Part shown: in pieces, positions 47,010 through 56,709 of the stretch
How the letters are laid out: each line of letters opens with the position of its first letter
Numbering within the stretch: position 1 is the first letter of the stretch
Source: Schizochytrium sp. TIO01
Taxonomy: Eukaryota > Protista > Bigyra: Labyrinthulomycetes
Assembly (NCBI GenBank): GCA_004764695.1
Contig: SMSO01000037.1
Coordinates: forward strand, 4,954,411-5,018,410
Direction: 5' to 3'
DNA length: 64,000 nucleotides
Position numbers and translations under genes: made by a program
Notes under the pieces: generated by a model
What the model was told of the DNA's origin: nothing
The model's input: the letters and a program-made list of their open reading frames with translations, nothing else
Databases searched by the model: none

Positions 47010-48045
47010 AAAGAAAGACATATTTTCTCGACAACTACTTGAGAGACACATGTTATTTTTGTACCATTAGATCAGCAATTTTATGGAAAGCTGTACTATT
47101 GAAGTTCTCCAGAGGAAAGCATTCTAAATTTATGAGAAAATACCCTTCCAGGTATTTGGCAGTAGCCTCCCACTTCTTCAAAACCCCATTATCTCCACAA
47201 CTACTTTATTGATCATTTAAAGATTTGGATCAGTAGAAAGCGCAACAAATCCAGAATACGGACGATGACATGAACAAGAAAAAACAAATCTTTGAAAGTA
47301 TTTTTCGAACTTTTAAAAGAAAATGTTACTCTTCCATACTATTAATAGAGAAAAGAACTAAACTTAGTACTGTTGTAACTTTCTGGATAAAATAGCTAGA
47401 TCTTTTTGACAAGCACTGACGGGACCTGCGTCGGTTTTACCACAGGATAGTCATAATCGTTGCGAAAAAATATGTTTTCAAGCTTGCGGAAAGAAGCTCC
47501 AAGTGACCACTTTATCAGGCAACTTATGGATTATCGAAAGAAAGAAAGACATATTTTCTCGACAACTACTTGAAAGACACATGTTATTTTTGCACCATTA
47601 GATCAGAAACTTCATTGAGAGCTGTACTGTTGAAGGTTTCAAGAGGAAACCGTTCTAAAATTATGAGAAAATACCCTTCCAGGTATTTGGCAGCAGCCTC
47701 CCACTTCTTCAAAACCCCATTATCTCCACAACCACTTTATTGATCATTTAAAGATTTGGATCAGTAGAAAGCGCAAGCAATACAGAATACGGATGATGGC
47801 ACGAGTAAGAAAAAACAAATCTTTGAAAGTATTTTTCGAACTTTTAAAAGAAAATGTTACTCTTCTATATTATTAATAAGAGAAAAGAACTAAACTTAGT
47901 ACTGTTGTAACTTTCTTGATAAAATAGCTAGATCTTTTTGACAAGCACTGACGGGACCTGCGTCGGTTTTACCACAGGGTAGTCATAATCGTTGCGAAAA
48001 AATATGTTTTCAAACTTGCGAAAAGAAGCTCCTAGTTATCACTTC
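47010..48045. repeat. Subtelomeric long-repeat array 2 (about 531-bp unit, 2 copies)
   Basis: AAGAAAGACATATTTTCTCGACAACTACTTGA at 47011 and 47542; the two copies are near-identical. Confidence 0.92.
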
Positions 48046-48615
48046 ATTTAAACAAGCAGTTGATGGATCCTCACAAGGGAGAATATGTTGTCTAGACGAA
48101 TTGTTGGTCCCGAGTCGGGATAACAAGGAGTCTCCTGCCTTTCTAATCATACCTTTTACAGAGGTAGGGTTAGGGTAAAGGTTAAGCATTGGACAACAAA
48201 GAATCTCTTAACTTCTTATTATACCTTTTACAGTAGTAGGGTTAGGGTAATGCTCGTGAATTATATACATGAACACGAGTATTAACCCATAATACCACTG
48301 TAAAAGTATCAAAGAACGTAGGAGAATCTTTATCAAGAAAACAAATACTCACTAAGGGACACATGGACTAAACACTAGTAGTTGCGGTTTTCCGCTCGGT
48401 GGCCGCCACTAATAAAGGACATGTGTAACAGAGACTGAGTAGAAATAACTTCTTCACTGCCGGCAGTATGTCAGCAGACCTCAAACTATACAACCTCAAC
48501 CTAAAAAGTAAACAACCTTTCGAGTCTCTGTCACTCTACAGCATTCAACAAAAGGTTATTGGCCTATTAACTCTCGTTCTTTGCTGCCCTGCGCACTCTC
48601 TGCACTGGCCCGACC

Positions 48616-51600
48616 ATGGTGCAAGAAGTAGCCTCCGAACATGAGGAGGTCGCCTCCGTCGCGTATGAAGACGACGATGATGACGACAGTGAAAGTATGG
48701 CAACCGCCAACTTTCATGGTCCCCTCCCCGCGGTCCCTGCCACCGCGATGCACTCCAGCGACAACCTGGAATTTCTGCTGGCGTCCGAGTCAGCCCCAAC
48801 CATCCATTACCAACCTGAGACTCCGGCTCTCATCAAAGGTATCAAGCGCTACTTCGAAAATAATCGCTCGACACCAACGTACGACGGCGACTTTGAAGAA
48901 TACTCCGATTTCTTCGAAGGCTTCTGCGGCTACTACGAACTTCCCTTCAAGGACATCAATACATGGAAACCTGGCCAGCCGGCATCTATTTGCAAAGCCC
49001 AGGACTCTGTGTTGGCACTCTTCCTGCTCGAAGGTTTCAAGAAGTCATCCCTGTCTTCAGTCATACGCTCCAGGTATGCCAAAGGCAGCGGCCTTGTCGG
49101 GTGGTACGTGCTAAGACAACGCTTCAACCAGCACTCTAGACTCAACCAACAGCGTCGTTGGAAAGAGCTGATGAGTGTCATGGCCGCTTGTCCTAAGCCC
49201 CACGAGGATCGCTCCAAGCTAGACGACCACATCGACAAGTTGAACACCGCAATTGCCAAGCTCGAAAAGACTCGCCCTACGTTACAGTCTATCATGCTGT
49301 TCAGCTACATCCAACAGCTCCCTGCAGAGTATGACAAGATCAAGGCTGATCTCTACGCTCACTCTACTCTGACATTCCGTGTCATTCACGAACGCACCGG
49401 CCTGACTATGGAATCTGCTAAAGCTGCCAACACTTCTGTTTCCAATGAAGTGACTGGTGCTTTTGGCGCTTCTACTGACGCGACACTTCTTCAACTCGCT
49501 GCAGCTGTTAGCCAAGCCTTTGGCAACTCTCCAAGCCCTCCTCAGCCCCGCAATTACCGTTCTCGTGGCAGATACCATGGCTCTCATCGGAACAACTCCA
49601 ACCGTTGTCTTCGTTGCGCGCGAAACCATGCCACAGAAAATTGCAACCTTGACCCTAGAGTTCGCTGCGCTCGCTGCAACAAACCAGGTCACAAGGCCAT
49701 AGTCTGCCGCAGCGTTCCCACGGAGGAATACTTTGCTGCTAACGTAAAAGATTTTTCAAAGTCTGCTTACCTTGGTGGCAATGCTTTTCCTTCAACTGTT
49801 ATTGACAGTGGAGCTGGTGTTACAGTTGTTCCTAGCCGTCGACACATTCATTCTGAACTACCTCTACAACAAGCAACACCTATTGTAGGTGTCTCAGGTG
49901 AATTACAAAATCCAGACAGTGTAGGCACTTACCTATCGCCATTCATTCCCAACGCCCCCGCCATACCTGCTCAAGTACATGACAGGGCCCCAGCTGTACT
50001 TGAAAGTCTCGCTGCTCTACACGCTGCTGGAGCCGAACTACACATTACCAAAGATCGCCAAGTCCTTGTCTGGCAAAATCAAGAGATCCCTTTACAATTT
50101 TGCAACAACGCACTGACTTATGCACAAGACACTACGAGCGAATCAACTGCAACACCAGTGTTTGCCGGACTCGACATTCTTGAGGCCCATCGAAGAGCTG
50201 GACATCGCTCCTTCGAAACACTTGATGCTATATCAAAACAAGTTTCGGGACTCCCTCTTGCGAAAATACAAGGATCTCTTCCAGTCTGCCCTGGCTGTGC
50301 TCAAGGTGACTCATCGCGCTCTCCCATTCGTAAAGGACCTCACTCACCTCGCAGTACCGGTCCGCGCCAAGTATCACATGTCGACCTGCTTGGTATTAAA
50401 ACGCGCTCCAGCACAGGCAATAAATACTGTGTTGTCTTTGTGGACGATTACTCCAAGTATCGGCGATGCTATTCGTTTCCTGAGTGCAATGCCGAAACAC
50501 TTGTCAAAGCCATTCGGGCGTGGCGAAGAGACTGGCTCGGCGCCGCTCCCGGGAAAACTTCAACCCCTGAAGGCTTAACTCTCATCGCTGATCATGCTTT
50601 CGCTTCTAGACTTGTACAGGAGCAAATGGACTTGTACAATTGGAAACTGCAATTTGCATCTCCCCATGAACACGGTACTCATGGCGTCGCTGAACGCACA
50701 GTAGGTCTCGTTTCTCGCCTCGCTTGGTCCTATCTTCATGACTGCAATCTCCCGAGCACCTTTTGGGATTTTGCAACTGATTACGCATGTTGGACCCTTA
50801 ACCGTCTTCCATCGCCTCGGACCTCTAAGGTGCCAGTTGTCATTCATGGATGCGGTACTGCCGATTTGTCTCCAAGTTGCCAATTTGGCACCCTTGTTGC
50901 CTACCATCAACACAATCCCAGTGTTGCAACTAAAAGCGACTTTGCTGCCAAAGGAAGCCTTGGTATTTTTCTGGGCTGCAGTTCTCGACACAGCTTCGGG
51001 ACATCACGCATCATGTCTTTGGACTCTCGCCGGATCGTTTTTTCGCGGAGTTACCGTGCTCTGCCTTACCTTCCTCAGCTTTCTGAATCATCTGACTACA
51101 TTCGCAAGCAACTTTTGAACAACTCTTTACACAATACTGCCCCAGTAAAGGTTTTCTCCAACGATTACGGTGACGTTACTTCGAGTCCATCGAGTTCTGA
51201 TTTTTTCCACCCTCTTACCAAAGATGCCTCGTCTCTGATTTTTCCTTCAAACTCTTCAGAGATCAACCATCCCTCCAGTCCCTCCTTCACTAATGACGTT
51301 TCTGCCAACTTTGATCTCGCAGGCTCTTCTGGCAAAAACGAAGAAGATCTACATTTTAGCTATCCTGCCCAAAGTACTCCCGCAGCATCCAGTCCAGAGC
51401 AGGAGGTGTCAGACCTTATAGACTTTCAGCAGGAGGTGCCCGATCTTATTAGCATTGATCAGGAGGTGCCTGATCTTATTAGCATTGATCAGGAGGTGCC
51501 TGATCTTATTAACATTGATCAGGAGGTGCCCGACGCTACCATTATAGAGAAGGAGGTGCCAGATGTTACCATCATTGAGCAGGAGGTGGATTCTTCACAG

Positions 51601-53625
51601 AAACCACCGCGCAAGTATAAACAGAAACCGTCTTACTCCTCCGAGTTCAAGCAAGCTCTTCGTGAATTTGTTGATGCTGGTCCATTATACCCTGGACAAG
51701 TTCTACAAATAGCAAACAACAAATTCCATTGGGTAGATCCAATTCTTGGCGACGTTGATACCGGCTCTACAACAAGAAGTGGTAAAACCTTCCATCCAAG
51801 TTCCTCAACTTCAGCCCCAGCTTTATTGACGAAGGAGGTGAACAATCAGGAAGCTTCTACTTCAAACACTCACGTTTACGAGGACCCACGCAGACCTGTT
51901 CGCGAGCCTCGTCACGAAAGTGATCTTCGACTTTACAGCGACTATGAGAAAGCCATGTGGAGGAAAACAGATGATGAAGAAATGGCAAATCATGCAGCAC
52001 AAGAAACCCTGCAAGAAGTCCCAAAGTCGGAGGTGCGTGGAAAAGTCTTAGATGTCATGAAGGTCTACAAGAAAAAGCCCGCAGACAACGAAGGGCGCCG
52101 TAGACTTAAGATGAGACTTGTTGTTCGCGGTGATCAAGAACCAACCTCTGAACAAGAAGTAGCATCACCAGTTACAATGCCATCTTCCGTACGCATCCAA
52201 ATTACCTTGGGTCTTACACAGGAGCATGACTTTGCTATTTTCGACATTACAAGTGCTTTCCTCACTGCACCGGTACATGACAAAGACATTTTCATACGAG
52301 TACGGACTTTCTACGGTGAATACACTTACTATCGCCTTCTGAAATCTGTCTATGGCATCTCATCTGCTCCGCTAAGATTTTACAAAGAACTAGCACATGC
52401 TTTTGATGCTTTTGGCTTAGCACCTTGCCCCGATGATGCATGCCTTTTCCATCATAAAGGCCTGAGCCTGACAGTGTCTACCCATGTCGATGATGGTTTG
52501 GTTTCTGGTCCTGCCTCGAGTGTCAAAGCTCTTGAAGGTCATTTAAAATCATATTTTGGGAACGACAAAGTGGACTTCGAACATTTACCTGACAACAAAC
52601 GTGTTCGATACCTTGGAGCGCATCTTACGATCAATCGAAGTTCCAAGATCGCTTTGTTAGATCATGCCGACTTTATTGAGGAACTTCTCGAGACTCATGG
52701 TCTTAACAATTGTCAACCACGCATCACTCCTGCATCTGCAAACCCGTTAACATTTCCTAAGGAGGCCAAAACTGATCCCCTTTATCAGTCATTGGTGGGA
52801 AGTCTTCAATGGATAGTCAATACACGCCCCGACATTGCATTCGCAGTTAAAGAACTTGGTAGACACAACCGTGCAGCAACCGAAGAACACTTTACAGCAG
52901 CCAAAGCTGTTTTACGTTACCTTGCTGGCACAAGCAACATCGGGATAGTCTTACGAGGAGCCATACAACTTTCGGACATAAAGCTTGAAGCTTGGTGCGA
53001 TGCCTCTTACGCGCCTTGCCCTTACACACGACGTTCTACACTTGGCTACCTGCTAGCAGTTAATGGGTCTACCATTTTGACAAAGTCTAGTACAGAACGA
53101 ACTGTGGCACTTTCCTCAACTGAGGCAGAACTCTACGCTGCGAACGAAGCCGCTAAAGCCATTATTTGGAACCGTCGCATCTTAGATTTTCTGGGCTGTC
53201 CCCAAGCTGATGCATCGCCACTATACACGGACAATCAAGCTATCATCCCTTTGATTCGAAACTTGAGCGTTGGCAACAACTCTAAGCATGTGGACATTCG
53301 CAGACACCATCTTCACCAACTTTTAGAGGACAACATCATTTCTCTATCTTATGAAAACACTCGGACCAATCCAGCTGACGTGTTGACCAAACACCTTAGT
53401 CGGGAGCTTCATCACTATCATATCTACCGCATCTGCCTTGCTTTTCTTGGGCACGTAACTCCCGGAGATACGGATCGCTCTGTATCTGCACTTCTAGGAA
53501 CAAGGCTCACGTCTAAGAAGTTTGGGGAGGTGTGTTGTCTAGACGAATTGTTGGTCCCGAGTCGGGATAACAAGGAGTCTCCTGCCTTTCTAATCATACC
53601 TTTTACAGAGGTAGGGTTAGGGTAA
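48616..53625 (+). CDS. Element B Gag-Pol polyprotein, 1669 aa
   Basis: Two CCHC knuckles; VIDSGA; HRRAGH...CPGC; FVDDYS; HGVAER; HVDD; WCDAS; NPADVLTK. Confidence 0.95.
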   Translation: MVQEVASEHEEVASVAYEDDDDDDSESMATANFHGPLPAVPATAMHSSDNLEFLLASESAPTIHYQPETPALIKGIKRYFENNRSTPTYDGDFEEYSDFFEGFCGYYELPFKDINTWKPGQPASICKAQDSVLALFLLEGFKKSSLSSVIRSRYAKGSGLVGWYVLRQRFNQHSRLNQQRRWKELMSVMAACPKPHEDRSKLDDHIDKLNTAIAKLEKTRPTLQSIMLFSYIQQLPAEYDKIKADLYAHSTLTFRVIHERTGLTMESAKAANTSVSNEVTGAFGASTDATLLQLAAAVSQAFGNSPSPPQPRNYRSRGRYHGSHRNNSNRCLRCARNHATENCNLDPRVRCARCNKPGHKAIVCRSVPTEEYFAANVKDFSKSAYLGGNAFPSTVIDSGAGVTVVPSRRHIHSELPLQQATPIVGVSGELQNPDSVGTYLSPFIPNAPAIPAQVHDRAPAVLESLAALHAAGAELHITKDRQVLVWQNQEIPLQFCNNALTYAQDTTSESTATPVFAGLDILEAHRRAGHRSFETLDAISKQVSGLPLAKIQGSLPVCPGCAQGDSSRSPIRKGPHSPRSTGPRQVSHVDLLGIKTRSSTGNKYCVVFVDDYSKYRRCYSFPECNAETLVKAIRAWRRDWLGAAPGKTSTPEGLTLIADHAFASRLVQEQMDLYNWKLQFASPHEHGTHGVAERTVGLVSRLAWSYLHDCNLPSTFWDFATDYACWTLNRLPSPRTSKVPVVIHGCGTADLSPSCQFGTLVAYHQHNPSVATKSDFAAKGSLGIFLGCSSRHSFGTSRIMSLDSRRIVFSRSYRALPYLPQLSESSDYIRKQLLNNSLHNTAPVKVFSNDYGDVTSSPSSSDFFHPLTKDASSLIFPSNSSEINHPSSPSFTNDVSANFDLAGSSGKNEEDLHFSYPAQSTPAASSPEQEVSDLIDFQQEVPDLISIDQEVPDLISIDQEVPDLINIDQEVPDATIIEKEVPDVTIIEQEVDSSQKPPRKYKQKPSYSSEFKQALREFVDAGPLYPGQVLQIANNKFHWVDPILGDVDTGSTTRSGKTFHPSSSTSAPALLTKEVNNQEASTSNTHVYEDPRRPVREPRHESDLRLYSDYEKAMWRKTDDEEMANHAAQETLQEVPKSEVRGKVLDVMKVYKKKPADNEGRRRLKMRLVVRGDQEPTSEQEVASPVTMPSSVRIQITLGLTQEHDFAIFDITSAFLTAPVHDKDIFIRVRTFYGEYTYYRLLKSVYGISSAPLRFYKELAHAFDAFGLAPCPDDACLFHHKGLSLTVSTHVDDGLVSGPASSVKALEGHLKSYFGNDKVDFEHLPDNKRVRYLGAHLTINRSSKIALLDHADFIEELLETHGLNNCQPRITPASANPLTFPKEAKTDPLYQSLVGSLQWIVNTRPDIAFAVKELGRHNRAATEEHFTAAKAVLRYLAGTSNIGIVLRGAIQLSDIKLEAWCDASYAPCPYTRRSTLGYLLAVNGSTILTKSSTERTVALSSTEAELYAANEAAKAIIWNRRILDFLGCPQADASPLYTDNQAIIPLIRNLSVGNNSKHVDIRRHHLHQLLEDNIISLSYENTRTNPADVLTKHLSRELHHYHIYRICLAFLGHVTPGDTDRSVSALLGTRLTSKKFGEVCCLDELLVPSRDNKESPAFLIIPFTEVGLG
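51397..51590 (+). repeat. 30-bp (10-aa) coding repeat QEVPDLISID, about 6.5 copies, in the IN-RT linker of element B
   Basis: CAGGAGGTGCCTGATCTTATTAGCATTGAT repeated with variation. Confidence 0.9.
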
Positions 53626-56600
53626 AGGTTAAGCATTGGACAACAAAGAATCTCTTAACTTCTTATTATACCTTTTACAGTAGTAGGGTTAGGGTAATGC
53701 TCGTGAATTATATACATGAACACGAGTATTAACCCATAATACCACTGTAAAAGTATCAAAGAACGTAGGAGAATCTTTATCAAGAAAACAAATACTCACT
53801 AAGGGACACATGGACTAAACACTAGTAGTTGCGGTTTTCCGCTCGGTGGCCGCCACTAATAAAGGACATGTGTAACAGAGACTGAGTAGAAATAACTTCT
53901 TCACTGCCGGCAGTATGTCAGCAGACCTCAAACTATACAACCTCAACCTAAAAAGTAAACAACCTTTCGAGTCTCTGTCACTCTACAGCATTCAACAAAA
54001 GAATATGTCAATAACCACTAAAGATATTAATATTTGACAAGTATCACCAGAAAGCTGCTTCAATTTGCAACAGGGTAAATGTGTTTTTTCAGAAAAGCAA
54101 TACTTTAACATGTGTTTTTACTGACCTTTGAAAGTTATTTCTTGATCTCTCATATTATTAATAGGGGGAGGGAACAACTTTAGTAGTGTTGTAACTCTAT
54201 GCATATAATAGACACAACTTTGCTACAAACATCGTCGGATAGCTGAATAATATTTAAAGTGGGTGCATTTGATTTATGAGAGAAAAGCTTCTTGCAAGCT
54301 TGAGAAAAGAAGCTCTAAGTTGTCACTCTATTTGATAACAAAAGAAAGAATTAAATGATTAGTATAAGATGCATTTTCTCAACAACAGGGAAATATATAA
54401 ATCATGGAGTGATACCATTGGAAAGCTTCTTGAAATTACAACTGTGTAGATGTGATTTCTCAGAAAAAATACTTTAAACATATAGTTTTACTGACCTTTA
54501 AAAGTTTACTTTTTTGTCTCTCATATTATTAATAGGGGGAAGGAACCGAGTTTAGTAGTGTTTTAACTCTATGAGTAGAGTAAGCAGAACTTTTCTAGAA
54601 GCACCACTCAATAGCGCATGGATTGTTGAGATGGCCGCATTTGATTCATGAGAGAAAATCTTTTTTCAAGTTTGAGAAAAGAAGCTCTAAGTTGTTACTC
54701 TATTTGTTGGCAGGATAAAGAATAAAATGATTAGTATAAGATTCATTTTCTCAATAATGAAGCAATATATTAATCATGGAGTGGTACCGTTGGAAAGCTG
54801 TTGCAATTTACAACAGGTGGAATGTGTTTTCTCAGAAAAAATACTTTTAACATATAGTTTTACTGACCTTTGAAAGTTTATTTTTGGTTTCTCATATTAT
54901 TAATAAGGAGAAATAACTGAGTTTAGTAGTGTTCTAGCTCTATGAAAAGAAAAGCCAGAACTTTTCTATAAACAGCACTCAATAGTTCACATTTTAATGA
55001 GATACGTGCATTTGATTTATGAGAAAACATGTTCTTGCAAGCTTCAGAAAAGAAGCTCCAAGTTGCTACTCTATTTGTGAGCAGAATAGAGAATTAAACG
55101 GCTAGTATAAAATCATTTTCTCAACAACGGGGAAAAATATTAATGATGGAGTGGTACCGATGGAAAGCAGATTCAATTTACGACAGGGGAGATGTGTTGG
55201 TTCAGAAAAAATAAAATTATGATTATGTTTTATTGTCTTTTGAAAGATATTTTTTTGTTTCTCATATTATTTATAGGGAGAGAAACCGAGTTTAGTAGTG
55301 TTCTAGCTCTATTAATAGAATAGACAGAGCTTTGCCACAAGCCCCACTCGATAGTGTATGAATTGTTAAGATCTGTGTATTTGATTTATGAGAAAAAATT
55401 TGCTTGCAAGCTCGAGTAAAAAAGCTCCAAGTTGTTATTTTGTTTAATGGCAGGATAAGAAAACATTTGCTACTATAAGGTTGATTTTCTCAACAATGGG
55501 GAAAGATATTAATCATGGAGTGATACCGTTGGAAAGCTGTTAAGATCTAAAACAGGTTAGATGCGTTTTCTCAGAAAAAAATACTTTTAAAATATAGTTT
55601 TATTGACCTTTGAAAGTTATTCTTTAGTCTCTCATATTATTAATAGGGGGGTGGAGCCAAATTAGTAGTGTCCTAACTCTTTGAGTAGAATATACAGAAC
55701 TTTTCTACAAACACAATTCGGTAGCTCAGGAATTATGGAGATGGCCGCGTTTGATTTATGAGAGAAAAGCTTCTTGCAAGCTTGAGAAAAGAAGCTCTAA
55801 GTTGTTACTCTATTTGTTGGCAGGATAAAGAATAAAATGATTAGTATAAGATTCATTTTCTCAATAATGCAGCAATATATTAATCATGGAGGGGTACCGT
55901 TGGAAAGCTGATGCAATTTACCACAGGATAAATGTGTTGGTTCAGAGAAACAAATCATATGACTATGTTTTATTGACTTTTGAAAGATATTTCTTTGTTT
56001 CTCATATTATTAATAGGGGGAGAAACCGAGTTCAGTAGTGTTATAACTCTATTACTAAAACAGACAGAACTTTGCTACAAGCACCATTCGACAAATCATG
56101 AATTTTTGAGATAACCGCGTCTGATTTATGATTGAAAATTGTCGGAGCACAGAGAGGAACGTCCCTGCGGGGCTGCTGTCCCGTTACCCGGTTCCGTGCC
56201 ACGAGAGCCAGTCAGAGAGTCAGCAGGTAAGTTGAGTACCTGGTCGACTGTTGGACTGGCTAGTGAGGCACTGCGCAAACGTCTGACGCAAGAGGTGCTG
56301 GTGAGCCGTGTGCCTCAGAAAGTTCAGGTCCCCTCTTAAGTAGAGGGGGGACCTGAGGTGAACGACGGACGGTTGATTCGCTGGCCACGGGAAGAACGAC
56401 AGATGGCGTTCGACTTGTTGACCAACGCGGGACGGCTTATACTTGGACTAAGACTCTGGCTAGGAGTCTTCTTCCAAAAGCCGACCAATTTCTCTCAGAG
56501 AGAGGGAAAAGAAAATGACTACTAGTGGATACATTACGTAAACACTAGGAGTCCGAGTTATATGCTGCAAAATCGAAGCAGAAAGTCTTCGAAGGCAGCA

Positions 56601-56682
56601 GACCCGAAACTAAGTTGCAGAGCAACAAGCCTTAAAGTTTAAACCGATCTTTGTTGTCACCAACCTTCGCTATCGCTTGTCA

Positions 56683-56694
56683 GATTAAGAGTCA
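56683..56694 (+). promoter_or_regulatory. Primer binding site of element C, complementary to the tRNA-Lys(CUU) anticodon stem-loop
   Basis: GATTAAGAGTCA directly after the LTR; reverse complement TGA-CT-CTT-AA-TC. Confidence 0.75.
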
Positions 56695-56709
56695 AATAAG
56701 CTTGAAGCC

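Larger units (their letters stand above)
48086..54000 (+). mobile_element. Ty1/copia LTR retrotransposon B, intact
   Basis: Apparently identical 465-bp TGTTG...CAACA LTRs (48086-48550, 53533-53997); TSD GAATA (48081-48085 / 54001-54005, after an extra AAA); PBS-like GGTTATTGGCC at 48554; PPT GGGGAGG. Confidence 0.96.

Noticed and set aside
56139-56339. 66-aa ORF in the 5' LTR of element C as a separate gene
   Set aside because: It is the LTR copy of the Pol C-terminal extension and has a non-ATG start that includes a TSD base.
56140-56682. Hammerhead ribozyme in the structured LTRs
   Set aside because: No CUGANGA...GAAA core with flanking stems seen in the LTRs of B or C.
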